Below the pieces are notes generated by a model. It was not told the DNA's origin. It worked only from the letters and a program-made list of their open reading frames with translations, and ran no database searches. A stretch of 64,000 bases of DNA from Bdellovibrionota bacterium FG-1. GTDB taxonomy: Bacteria; Bdellovibrionota; UBA1018. Positions 45,505 to 54,254 of this stretch are shown here, one piece after another. Location: contig JBBCAW010000031.1 in NCBI GenBank assembly GCA_051382295.1, positions 27,710 through 91,709 on the forward strand, written 5' to 3'. Within the stretch, counting starts at the first letter, position 1; every line of letters starts with the position of its first letter. The position numbers and the translations under genes were made by a program.

Positions 45505-46953
45505 CTAATTACAGCTCAGTTTTCGTATTCTCGTGGTCACGTCATGATAATAAGTGGGAGATTCGGCCTTAACATGCCTGGCCCAGATATTTCCGAATGA
45601 GTCGATAAAAAGCGTTCCGTTAGCATAGTCGACATCATATCCTGCTGGATAAGCGATTTGATCAGAAATAGAAAACCCAGAGCTTCCACCGCGACGAATG
45701 AGCTGAGTCAAGTTACTGCTAGCGTCCAGTCCATAGCCGCTCACAAAAACCTCGCCACTCGGATGAACCACAACGGACTCTCCCCCTGAATCCTTTCCAG
45801 CAAAGAGTTGATACCCCGTATCTCTCGAGGTGGGCTCCGTCGACGGACTCGCGACATCCCCTTCGAACACGCTCCAGGAGATAATGGTCCCTATCGCGGG
45901 TCTGTGATAGTTAGATAACCAATAATGGCCGGTGGCATCAAAGGCGATATCGGTGTAGCCACTCAAAACGGGATTACCTGGCTGGGTCGCGAGGACGACA
46001 CTAAAATTGCCACTCCCATCGTCTTTCATGAGCACCGCATATGGGACACCATCGGAGCTACAAATAGTTCCGTTCCAGATGCATTTTTTTTGCCACCCTC
46101 CGAGCCAGAGTATTCCACTGGCATCCGCCCGGATAAACATAGGTTGAGATTGATCGCTGGATGTCGAGTGTGTGAAGGGCGATATATCTTGGGCCACAAT
46201 GCCCGCAGGGGTTAGGGTATCGTATTTCCACACATACCAATGATGGATGTTGGATGCATCATAGGTGCGACCCGTAAACCAAAGCTCGGAATTGCGGATA
46301 GCAATTCCGGCAGGGTAAACTGTGTTGCCGCCCAGATACTGCCACGTGGCGACCGTAGACCAAGTCCCATTCGTGGCGCGCTTTCTAATGAATAATTGGT
46401 GATCAGCGTAGCCAGCCGACGTCGTATACCCAATGACCCAAATATTACCCAACGCGTCCGCCACAAGGCCGGAGGGATTCATGATGCGACCAGCGACGTC
46501 TCCCAGCCAAGTACTCTCCCACAGGAATGTTGAATCGCTCGTGCGTTTTCTGTAGATTTGAAGACTTTCGTCCACCCAGGTGGGACCCCATGTCCCGTTG
46601 GCTAACCAGAGCGAGTGATCCACCGGATTCTCCGTGAAGGTTCCTGCGGCCCACATGGGGGTATCGGTGGTACCCAGTGTTTGCACGTCGGTCCAGTTCG
46701 CACTTAGTGTGCAGGGTGTAGGACTCGCGGATACGGTCGGTGTTGGCGACGCTGTGGGAGATTCGGATGGTGAGGGCGTAGGTGTCGCTGAATCCGTGGG
46801 AGTAGGGGTTGGCGTTGGTGTCTCACTCGCTGAAGCGCTCGGAGTCGGAGTTACGGCCGCCCCAACGGGCGTCAAGTCGCCGCTAGAGCTTTTACAGCCC
46901 GTCACGCCGATCAACAAAGAACCAATGAGTATGACCCACACGATGTTTCGCAT
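45505..46953 (-). CDS. Surface lipoprotein with Pro/Thr/Ser linker and probable beta-propeller
   Basis: Lipobox VTGC, (TP)n linker, repeated D.xG.xW blade-like motifs (DALGNIWV, DASGILWL, DATGHYWL, DSFGNIWA). Confidence 0.75.
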   Translation of the reverse strand: MRNIVWVILIGSLLIGVTGCKSSSGDLTPVGAAVTPTPSASASETPTPTPTPTDSATPTPSPSESPTASPTPTVSASPTPCTLSANWTDVQTLGTTDTPMWAAGTFTENPVDHSLWLANGTWGPTWVDESLQIYRKRTSDSTFLWESTWLGDVAGRIMNPSGLVADALGNIWVIGYTTSAGYADHQLFIRKRATNGTWSTVATWQYLGGNTVYPAGIAIRNSELWFTGRTYDASNIHHWYVWKYDTLTPAGIVAQDISPFTHSTSSDQSQPMFIRADASGILWLGGWQKKCIWNGTICSSDGVPYAVLMKDDGSGNFSVVLATQPGNPVLSGYTDIAFDATGHYWLSNYHRPAIGTIISWSVFEGDVASPSTEPTSRDTGYQLFAGKDSGGESVVVHPSGEVFVSGYGLDASSNLTQLIRRGGSSGFSISDQIAYPAGYDVDYANGTLFIDSFGNIWARHVKAESPTYYHDVTTRIRKLSCN

Positions 46954-46990
46954 TTTCGAGATCTCCTATAACCAGTATCGGCGGTTTCTC

Positions 46991-47067
46991 GAAATTTATA
47001 AATGCGTCAAAAAGAACCCTGTGTCGCGCATGACCGCCGACAGGGCGGAATCAACACCGACGTCGGT
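46991..47067. repeat. 77-bp direct repeat, copy 1
   Basis: 70/77 identical to 47477-47552; contains palindromes ATTTATAAAT and ACCGACGTCGGT. Confidence 0.9.
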
Positions 47068-47079
47068 ACTGTTCCGCAG

Positions 47080-47400
47080 CTAGAATTCTGATTTTTTTGG
47101 GGCCACACAATAAGAGCCGCTCTTGGTAACGCTGACTTTTGTGGGGGGTTTTGTGTCGCTGCAGCGGGTGCAGGACGTCTTTTTGCTATCCGTATAGCCA
47201 TAGCCTTTCAGCGAGCACTCACACTTTCCATTGACCTCCTTATAGCCACCGCTTGTTGCGCACACACATTGGCCATCTACATTGGCCCAGCCTAAAGAGG
47301 TGTTGCAGGCCTGACTGGTGGTGAGTGGGTCCGCCAAAGCCATGCCAGCATTAATGAGACCCAAAAGCCCTACCGCTAAAAGTGTTTTTACGAATTTCAT
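47080..47400 (-). CDS. Small secreted Cys-rich protein (8 Cys, CxC repeats)
   Basis: Signal peptide MKFVKTLLAVGLLGLINAGMALA; VDGQCVC and VNGKCEC repeats. Confidence 0.7.
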   Translation of the reverse strand: MKFVKTLLAVGLLGLINAGMALADPLTTSQACNTSLGWANVDGQCVCATSGGYKEVNGKCECSLKGYGYTDSKKTSCTRCSDTKPPTKVSVTKSGSYCVAPKKSEF

Positions 47401-47476
47401 AAAACCGTCCCCCATTCTGTGTGCCAATTGAATTTGATTGTCCGTATCCATTTTACCTTACAAAATTATTGAAGGG

Positions 47477-47552
47477 GAAATTTATAAATGCGTCAAAAAA
47501 ACCCTGTGTAGTGCATGACCGCCGACCGGAAGGAATGAACACCGACGTCGGT
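47477..47552. repeat. 76-bp direct repeat, copy 2
   Basis: Near-identical to 46991-47067; here the palindrome extends to AACACCGACGTCGGTGTT. Confidence 0.9.
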
Positions 47553-47661
47553 GTTGAAAGAAGGTTCACGAAAGAGCTTGCAAAAGACAAACAGCGCTGT
47601 ACAGTTTTGGTATAGTATTAAGATGGCGCCAATGGGCGTTGTTTTTACAAAAGGGGTAAAT

Positions 47662-48075
47662 ATGAACAAAAATATTAGTTTCAGTCTTCTCTGTATTACT
47701 GGTCTTTTTGCTGGAAACCTCGCATTTGGAGGCATGATCGCGGGCACTCAAGAGGCAGCCCCTGGCAACTGCACGTTAACCTACGAATCACAGGGAGTCT
47801 GTAAAAATCACGGCAACGACGTGATGGGATATGGCAATAAAAGAGCTGATTGCAATAAGGATAATGCCCAGAACCCCAAAAATGAAACCTTTAAAAAGAG
47901 TCTCATAGCGGCATGTGGCAAGTATTTAGCCGCGAATACAGTCTCGGGAATACTCTGCTGGCAACCGGCGCCCTCAGGCATTGCTAAGGCAGAAGTCATT
48001 GCAACATTTGATGCAGTCTGCCCGCCGAAGGAATCTCATGCAGTTAAGTCTTTACCTAAACCGTTAGCTAAGTGA
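47662..48075 (+). CDS. Small secreted Cys-rich protein (6 Cys in mature part)
   Basis: AAGGGG SD before ATG 47662; signal peptide ending AFG. Confidence 0.65.
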   Translation: MNKNISFSLLCITGLFAGNLAFGGMIAGTQEAAPGNCTLTYESQGVCKNHGNDVMGYGNKRADCNKDNAQNPKNETFKKSLIAACGKYLAANTVSGILCWQPAPSGIAKAEVIATFDAVCPPKESHAVKSLPKPLAK

Positions 48076-48082
48076 ATTTTAA

Positions 48083-48346
48083 ATGAAATGGGTCGTGGCG
48101 CTGCTTTCCGGTTTCGGCGGGCTGCTCGTGTTCGTCACCGGGGTCTTCCTAGGGCTCGAGCGCTATCACCTTTACCGGACCGGCATTCATACAAAAGGCA
48201 AGGTAGTCGAACAGCATAGAGAGGTGTCAACACCGGAAAATCTCGATGTCATCGCGCCGGAGCAATCCTTCCAAGGCAAGAAGATTGCCCTTCAGATCAT
48301 CAACGAGGAGGATCCTGACGGGTTCTTTCTGGCTGGATTTGCCTAA
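48083..48346 (+). pseudogene. Probable truncated membrane protein (DUF3592-like N-terminus)
   Basis: TM helix followed by TGIHTKGKVVE, then apparently unrelated sequence; only 87 aa. Confidence 0.35.
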
Positions 48347-48377
48347 GTTTTTATCCATCTGAATCCCCCGGTCGCGC

Positions 48378-49118
48378 TTAGTTCTTTTGAAAAATTCCAT
48401 CCTCTCTTACGAAAGGAGTAAAGTCTTTTGCATGTTTTGAAAACTGAACCGTCTCCGTGGCGCCCAAACCTAAAAAACCTTTTCGGCAAAGGGACTCGTG
48501 AAAAAGGCCAATCGCCCGATCTTGAAGCCCCCGATCAAAATAGATAAGAACATTTCGACACGAAATCAGATGGGTTTCCGAGAACACCGCATCGGTCACG
48601 AGACTATGGTTTGCGAAGGTGATGTTTTTTTTCAAAGCGTCATTGAATTTCGCAGAACCAAAAGTCACCGTGTAGTAATCCGAGAGTGAATGTTTTCCTC
48701 CGGACTTTTTGTAACTCTGGGCAAAGCTGTGGATCATTTTCAGGTCAACCCCCCCGTGTGCGGCCTTTTCCAGACCCTTTGGGTTGATGTCAGTTGCGTA
48801 CAGGAGGGTGCGCTCCAGCAGCGCCTCTTCTTGAAGGAGTATCGCCAGCGAATAGACCTCTTCTCCCGTGCTACATCCGGCGACCCAGATTTTTAGCGAA
48901 GGATAGGTTTTAAGGAGCGGGAACACCTTTTCCCGAAGCGCGAGAAAGTAGGAGGGATCGCGAAACATCTCGCTCACGGGGATCGTAAGGGATTGAATCA
49001 GCTCGTAGAAGCACTCCGGATTACGGAGAATTTTTTCATGAAGCGTCTGAAGCGTGAGGCATCCAAGCCGATCCATCGCTTGCACGATCGTCCGCTTTAT
49101 CGAAGCGGGCGAGTAGTA
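48378..49118 (-). pseudogene. cheR: CheR-type protein-glutamate methyltransferase lacking its N-terminus
   Basis: TIPVSEMFRD, IWVAGCSTGEEVYS and CRNVLIYF motifs; homology begins abruptly at YSPASIKR. Confidence 0.8.
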
Positions 49119-51349
49119 TAGCATCGGGAAGAAGATCCTGCGCCAGTTCAAGCCCCTCTTCGGCGTCCTGCGCGACGACGCATTTGTAGTGAAATTCATG
49201 AGCCAACTCATAAAGAATCTGGGCAAACTGCGTATCGTCCTCGATCACCAAAATAGTGTGTCCCGGCGACGTAAGTGCGCGTCGATCATCCGCAAACGGC
49301 GCGGGTTTGATTCGTTCGATTCGGGGGCCGGCCAGAGCCGCGCCTGATGACGATAACAAGGATGACGACGACGACGACGACGACGAGTAGACCTTCGGCG
49401 CGGCCGCTGCGATGCGAGACTCATCATAGGTCTCGGGCAAGAGAAGGGTAAAGCGGCTCCCTTCTCCGGGCACGCTCTCGACCTCAATGCTTCCACCGAG
49501 GAGCCGGGCTAGATCTCGTGAGATGGAAAGACCCAGGCCCGTGCCCCCGTATTTTCGGTTAGTGGTCCCATCTGCTTGACGAAATGCTTCAAAAATCACG
49601 TCTTGTTGGGCCTTGGGAACCCCGATACCCGTGTCGATTACCGAAAACGAAAGGTTTCCGTCCGCATTTCGAGACATGTGCAGCGTGACCTGGCCTTTTT
49701 CGGTGAATTTGAACGCATTAGAAAGCAGGTTTTTCAGGACTTGCTCCAAGCGTTGACGGTCCGTGAGCATCATCTCAGGCACGCCCGGGTCGATCTTGAT
49801 TTCAAACTTGAGATTCTTTTCTCGGCTTAAAGGCTCAAAAGTTTTTTCAAGGCTTGTAAAGACATTGAGGAGAAACACGCTCTCCGGTCTGATCGCAAGC
49901 TTTCCGGCCTCCACTTTCGAAAGATCCAGGATGTCATTGATGAGGTTCAGGAGGTCATTGCCGGCGGAGTAGATGGAAAGCGAGTACTGGATTTGCTCCT
50001 GGGTCAGGTTTCCATCCCCGTTGTCCGCGAGGAGTTTTGCCAGAATGAGCGAGCTATTAAGGGGTGTCCGAAGTTCGTGGGACATATTGGCCAAGAATTC
50101 GGATTTATACTGGCTGGCTCTTTGAACTTCGGTGGATCGTTCTTCAAGGAGCGTTTGCGCTTTGCTGAGGGCTTCATTGTTTTCGTTTAAAATATCCCGG
50201 TGTTCTTCCAGCTGTTCGTTGGTTTGTTCAAGCTCCGCTTGCTGACTTTTGAGTTTCGTCTCGGATTCCTGTAAGGCGCGGGATTGTTCCCCCAGTTCTT
50301 CGTTGGTGGCCTTCAATTCTCCTTGCTGGGTTTGAAGCTCCTCGGTCAGACCCTGGGATCTTTCGAGCAGTTCTTGTTGCTTCTTTCGACTAATCGAGGT
50401 GTTGATCGCAATCCCGATATTCTCGGACACGTGCTCCAGAAACGTCTTTTGGTGCTCGGACAAGGAGGCGAAAGAAGCCAATTCGATCACACCATTGACG
50501 GCCCCCTCGTAAAACACGGGAGCCAAGAGAAGGGAGCGGGGCGCGGCAGCCCCTAAATCCGAACCGATTTTTCCGAAGTAATGCGAGGGAAGGTTTTCAA
50601 GCAGGATCGGGCGTTTCTCGAGCGCGGCCTGGCCGACCAAACCTTCTCCCAATGAAATCGTCTTTTCTTGGTCTTCAAGTTTTGAATAAGCATAACCGCT
50701 GACGCGTTTGAGGGTTTTCTCTTCGGTAACGTAGTAAAACGCGCCCATCTGCGCATTCAAAAACGGCGCGAGGTGACTCAAGACGCTTTGGCCTAAGCGC
50801 GAAACATCCTGTTCGCCGCGCATTTTATCGGAGAGCGTGATTTGGCCCTCGCGGAGAAATTCGAGTTCGCGTGCCTTTTCCCGGAGGGAGGCTTCGGCGT
50901 GCTTTCTTTCCGTAATGTCCCGCTCGGTAGTGGCAATTCCGGTGAGCTTCCCCTTTTCATCAGTGAGCTTGGTATTGATCAGCCAGACGTCAATGATTCG
51001 GCCGTCTTTATGTTTTCGTTTTGTTTCGAGATTGGGCAGCAATTCGCCGCGTTTTAGGGAGGCCAAAAAGCCTCGCTTCTTCTTGATATTCCGTGGGCAC
51101 GGTATCCACGATGTTTTTGTTCAGCGCTTCGGCTTCTGAATATCCGTAAATTTGTTCCTCACCTTGGTTCCAAGCGAGGATGTTGCCATCTAAATCTTGG
51201 AAGGTGATGGCATCGTTAGAGTCCCGAATAACAGTCGCCATCCGGCGAAATTTTTCCAGTGAGCCCATTTGTTCAGCAATCGCTTCAGGGCGCTTAACCG
51301 TTCTATGGGGTCTTGGTTTTCTTTGAAGGTGGATTTTTTTGGGGGGCAT
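49110..51349 (-). pseudogene. PAS-GAF-HisKA-HATPase-REC hybrid sensor kinase, frameshifted and 3'-truncated
   Basis: PAS split across two frames near 51065. FLANMSHELRTPL, NAFKFT, DTGIG and GGTGLGL motifs. Receiver stops at PDAILL just before the phospho-Asp. Confidence 0.85.
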
Positions 51350-51500
51350 TTTTTTACTCTTGTTTTAATACTGCAGGGTGCAGATTCTTTATAGCATAGG
51401 CGGCGCGGGAACGCGTAGAGACGGCAGATTGGCGCCAAACTGAGGGGATCTTTAACCAAAATTTCTGGCTCCCCGTGGCGAAAAATGGTAGCCCACCCCT

Positions 51501-53390
51501 ATGTCGAGCTGGGATGTCATAGTTATTGGAGGAGGGCACGCTGGGGCTGAGGCAGCGCATGCGAGTGCCCGCATCGGGTGTAAGACCGCTCTTGTGACAC
51601 TCAATCCGGCGCGAATCGGCTTTATGTCCTGTAATCCTGCAATGGGTGGTTTGGCCAAGGGGCAGTTGATTAAGGAGATCGATGCTCTGGGTGGCATCAT
51701 GGGCATCAATACCGATAAGAGCGCCATTCAATATCGGCGCTTGAATTCGAGCAAAGGGCCCGCGGTTCGCTCGTCTCGGGCGCAATGTGACAAGGCTTTG
51801 TATGCAAAAGAGATGCAGGCCTATTTAGGAGCGGTGCCTAATCTTACGATATTTTCGGGTGAGGTTGCACAGCTCCTGACGGTTGGACCCCATGTGTGCG
51901 GCGTTATGCTTACTGACGGAAGTAAACTAGAAACGCGCGCGGTTGTAATTACCGCCGGCACCTTTATGCGAGCCCTGATGTTTACCGGTTTCGAACGGAC
52001 CGAAGGTGGACGCGCGGGAGATGGGGCGGTTCAGGGGCTCAGCGGGAGCCTCGAGAAATTAGGGTTTCATCTCGGGCGGTTGAAGACGGGTACGCCTCCG
52101 CGGCTTCATCGTCGAAGCATCGATTGGGCGCGGTTGGAACCGCAGGCGGGGGATGAAAACCCCATTCCATTTTCGTTTTATTTCCGGGGAGCGCGTTTTC
52201 CTCTTTTGCCTCAAATTGCTTGCCATATTACTCACACAAACGCGCAAACACACGAAATCATTGAGCAAAATATGGATCGGTCCCCCTTGTTTACGGGGAT
52301 GATCCAGGGCGTGGGGCCGCGATATTGTCCTTCTATAGAAGATAAGGTGAAGAGATTTCGCGACAAAGAGCGTCATCAGCTTTTTTTAGAGCCTGAGGGG
52401 CTCGACACTGACGAAGTTTATGTCAATGGCATCTCCACGAGTCTTCCATCCGATGTGCAGGAGCGTTTTGTTCGGTCGATCGTGGGTCTGGAAAAAGCCG
52501 AGTTTGTTCGGTTTGGATATGCCGTTGAATACGACTGTGTCGACGCAAGACAGTTGAGGTCAACCCTTGAATCTAAAGATATTGGTGGACTCTTTTTTGC
52601 CGGGCAGATCAATGGAACTTCTGGATACGAGGAGGCCGGCGCGCAAGGCTTGATTGCCGGGGTTAATGCAGCCGGCCATGTTCAGGGAAAAGAGCCTTTT
52701 GTCATGTCTCGGTTAGACGGGTACATTGGGGTGTTGGTTGATGATCTTGTGACCAAGGGAACCGACGAGCCTTATCGGATGTTTACCTCCCGCGCCGAAT
52801 ACCGTCTGTTACTTCGAGAGGATAATGCGGATTTACGATTGAGTCAGAAGGGGTGGGACATAGGTCTACTGTCAGATGAAAACTATCACGAATTCGCCAG
52901 GCGCCGTGATGACGTCAATCGCCTTTCAAGGGAAATCGAAGCCCATTATTTTTTGCCCCAGCAGCCTATAAATGAGTGGTTAACGGGTAGGGGGTTAACC
53001 CCGTTGAAGGATCGGGTTTCGGCTGAGGTTCTTCTGCGTCGGCCCGAGATTCGATGGGCGGATATCTGCGAATTGGGTTTTGCCGGTTTGGGGTGTGAGG
53101 CATCAGTTTCTGAGCAGGTAGAGATTCAAGTCAAGTATAAGGGGTATATCCAAAGGGACTTGGATCTTTTGGAAGGCATGCGGAAAAATGAGAACGTGCG
53201 GATTCCTTTGGATATGGATTTCGACAGGGTTCCGGGGTTGTCTAATGAGATTCGTGGACGGTTGGGCCGGACGCGACCTGAGACACTTGGTCAAGCGTCT
53301 CGGTTGCCGGGGGTAACTCCCGCGGCGGTGGCAAATTTGATGATTTTTCTGAAAATGCAGGAAGGTCGAGCTGTGGGGGTTTCTCGGTGA
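51501..53390 (+). CDS. mnmG: tRNA uridine-5-carboxymethylaminomethyl synthesis enzyme
   Basis: GGGHAG, MSCNPA, GPRYCPSIEDK and GQINGTSGYEEA motifs. Confidence 0.98.
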   Translation: MSSWDVIVIGGGHAGAEAAHASARIGCKTALVTLNPARIGFMSCNPAMGGLAKGQLIKEIDALGGIMGINTDKSAIQYRRLNSSKGPAVRSSRAQCDKALYAKEMQAYLGAVPNLTIFSGEVAQLLTVGPHVCGVMLTDGSKLETRAVVITAGTFMRALMFTGFERTEGGRAGDGAVQGLSGSLEKLGFHLGRLKTGTPPRLHRRSIDWARLEPQAGDENPIPFSFYFRGARFPLLPQIACHITHTNAQTHEIIEQNMDRSPLFTGMIQGVGPRYCPSIEDKVKRFRDKERHQLFLEPEGLDTDEVYVNGISTSLPSDVQERFVRSIVGLEKAEFVRFGYAVEYDCVDARQLRSTLESKDIGGLFFAGQINGTSGYEEAGAQGLIAGVNAAGHVQGKEPFVMSRLDGYIGVLVDDLVTKGTDEPYRMFTSRAEYRLLLREDNADLRLSQKGWDIGLLSDENYHEFARRRDDVNRLSREIEAHYFLPQQPINEWLTGRGLTPLKDRVSAEVLLRRPEIRWADICELGFAGLGCEASVSEQVEIQVKYKGYIQRDLDLLEGMRKNENVRIPLDMDFDRVPGLSNEIRGRLGRTRPETLGQASRLPGVTPAAVANLMIFLKMQEGRAVGVSR

Positions 53391-54019
53391 ATCAAGAACT
53401 GTTGGAAAAGGTTCGTTTTGAATGGCCTGAACTAGGCGCCGCCGTTGTGGAGAAGATTGGGCAGTTTCATGCGCTTTTGGCCGCTGAGAATGAACGGCAG
53501 AATTTGACGCGCCTCATTTCGCCGCAAGATTTTGTAGATGGGCATTTGGTGGACGTAAAAGAAATGCTTCAAGCCCAAGTTGTAGGGTTTCCTGCGATGG
53601 ATTTGGGTTCAGGGTGTGGGGTTCCTGGACTTTTGGCGGCAGCGATCACGGGAAAACCCTGGATTTTGGCCGAATCGGAACGACATAAGGCGGATTTTCT
53701 TTTTCGAACCGCGCGGGAGATGGGATTAACCCAGGTCAGAGTGGTGGCCGATCGGGGAGAAAGTTTTTTGAGTGAAAACTCTGTTGATTCCGTTGTTGCT
53801 CGTGCAGTAGGCCCGGTTGAGCGGATTTTTGGTTGGCTAGAGCGTTGTTCCACGTGGAACAGCCTCATTTTATTCAAAGGCCCAGCCTGGGAGGGGGAAT
53901 GGGCAACCTTTAATCAGGGGCAGTTTCGTGGAATGCTTCAATTGGAGCGCGTTTTTGAGTACTTCGTGGGCGTGGATAGGCGAAGGCGCGTAATTGTGCG
54001 CCTCACGCGCAGAGGATAG
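53387..54019 (+). CDS. rsmG: 16S rRNA m7G527 methyltransferase
   Basis: NLTR, DLGSGCGVPG, VARAV and FKG motifs; directly after mnmG. Confidence 0.93.
   Translation: MNQELLEKVRFEWPELGAAVVEKIGQFHALLAAENERQNLTRLISPQDFVDGHLVDVKEMLQAQVVGFPAMDLGSGCGVPGLLAAAITGKPWILAESERHKADFLFRTAREMGLTQVRVVADRGESFLSENSVDSVVARAVGPVERIFGWLERCSTWNSLILFKGPAWEGEWATFNQGQFRGMLQLERVFEYFVGVDRRRRVIVRLTRRG
53846..53861. promoter_or_regulatory. parS site (perfect palindrome, inside rsmG)
   Basis: TGTTCCACGTGGAACA. Confidence 0.92.
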
Positions 54020-54042
54020 TCAGTAGATAGTCAGTTTTTGGT

Positions 54043-54058
54043 CGTTCCACGTGGAACA
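54043..54058. promoter_or_regulatory. parS site upstream of parA
   Basis: CGTTCCACGTGGAACA (15/16). Confidence 0.9.
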
Positions 54059-54254
54059 AGCGCGAAAAAAAATCTTTTAAAAATATGAAAAATTTCTTGC
54101 TCGGCCGAATAATCACAGCTAGCCTTTGTCAGAACACCGCAGTTAAGGTGGTCAAAGTTTGATTATCCACACCAACCACAATCAAAATACCGGGGGCAAA
54201 TAACCAAGGTGTCCCCGGTATTGGGTTGTTGCCTGGGTGGTTCTGGAGGATTTC

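Noticed and set aside
46700..46860. Repetitive GGT/GTC-rich DNA
   Set aside because: It is explained by the Pro/Thr/Ser linker of the lipoprotein.
46991..47552. Integron attC sites or CRISPR repeats
   Set aside because: There are no RYYYAAC/GTTRRRY boxes and no integrase; only two 77-bp copies flank a whole gene.
45369..51500. Integrative element or prophage at tRNA-Gly
   Set aside because: There is no integrase and no visible duplication of the tRNA 3' end, and the accessory block lies on the tRNA 5' side.
54015..54035. GATAGTCAGT duplicated at the rsmG stop
   Set aside because: It is a 10-bp local duplication with no supporting context.
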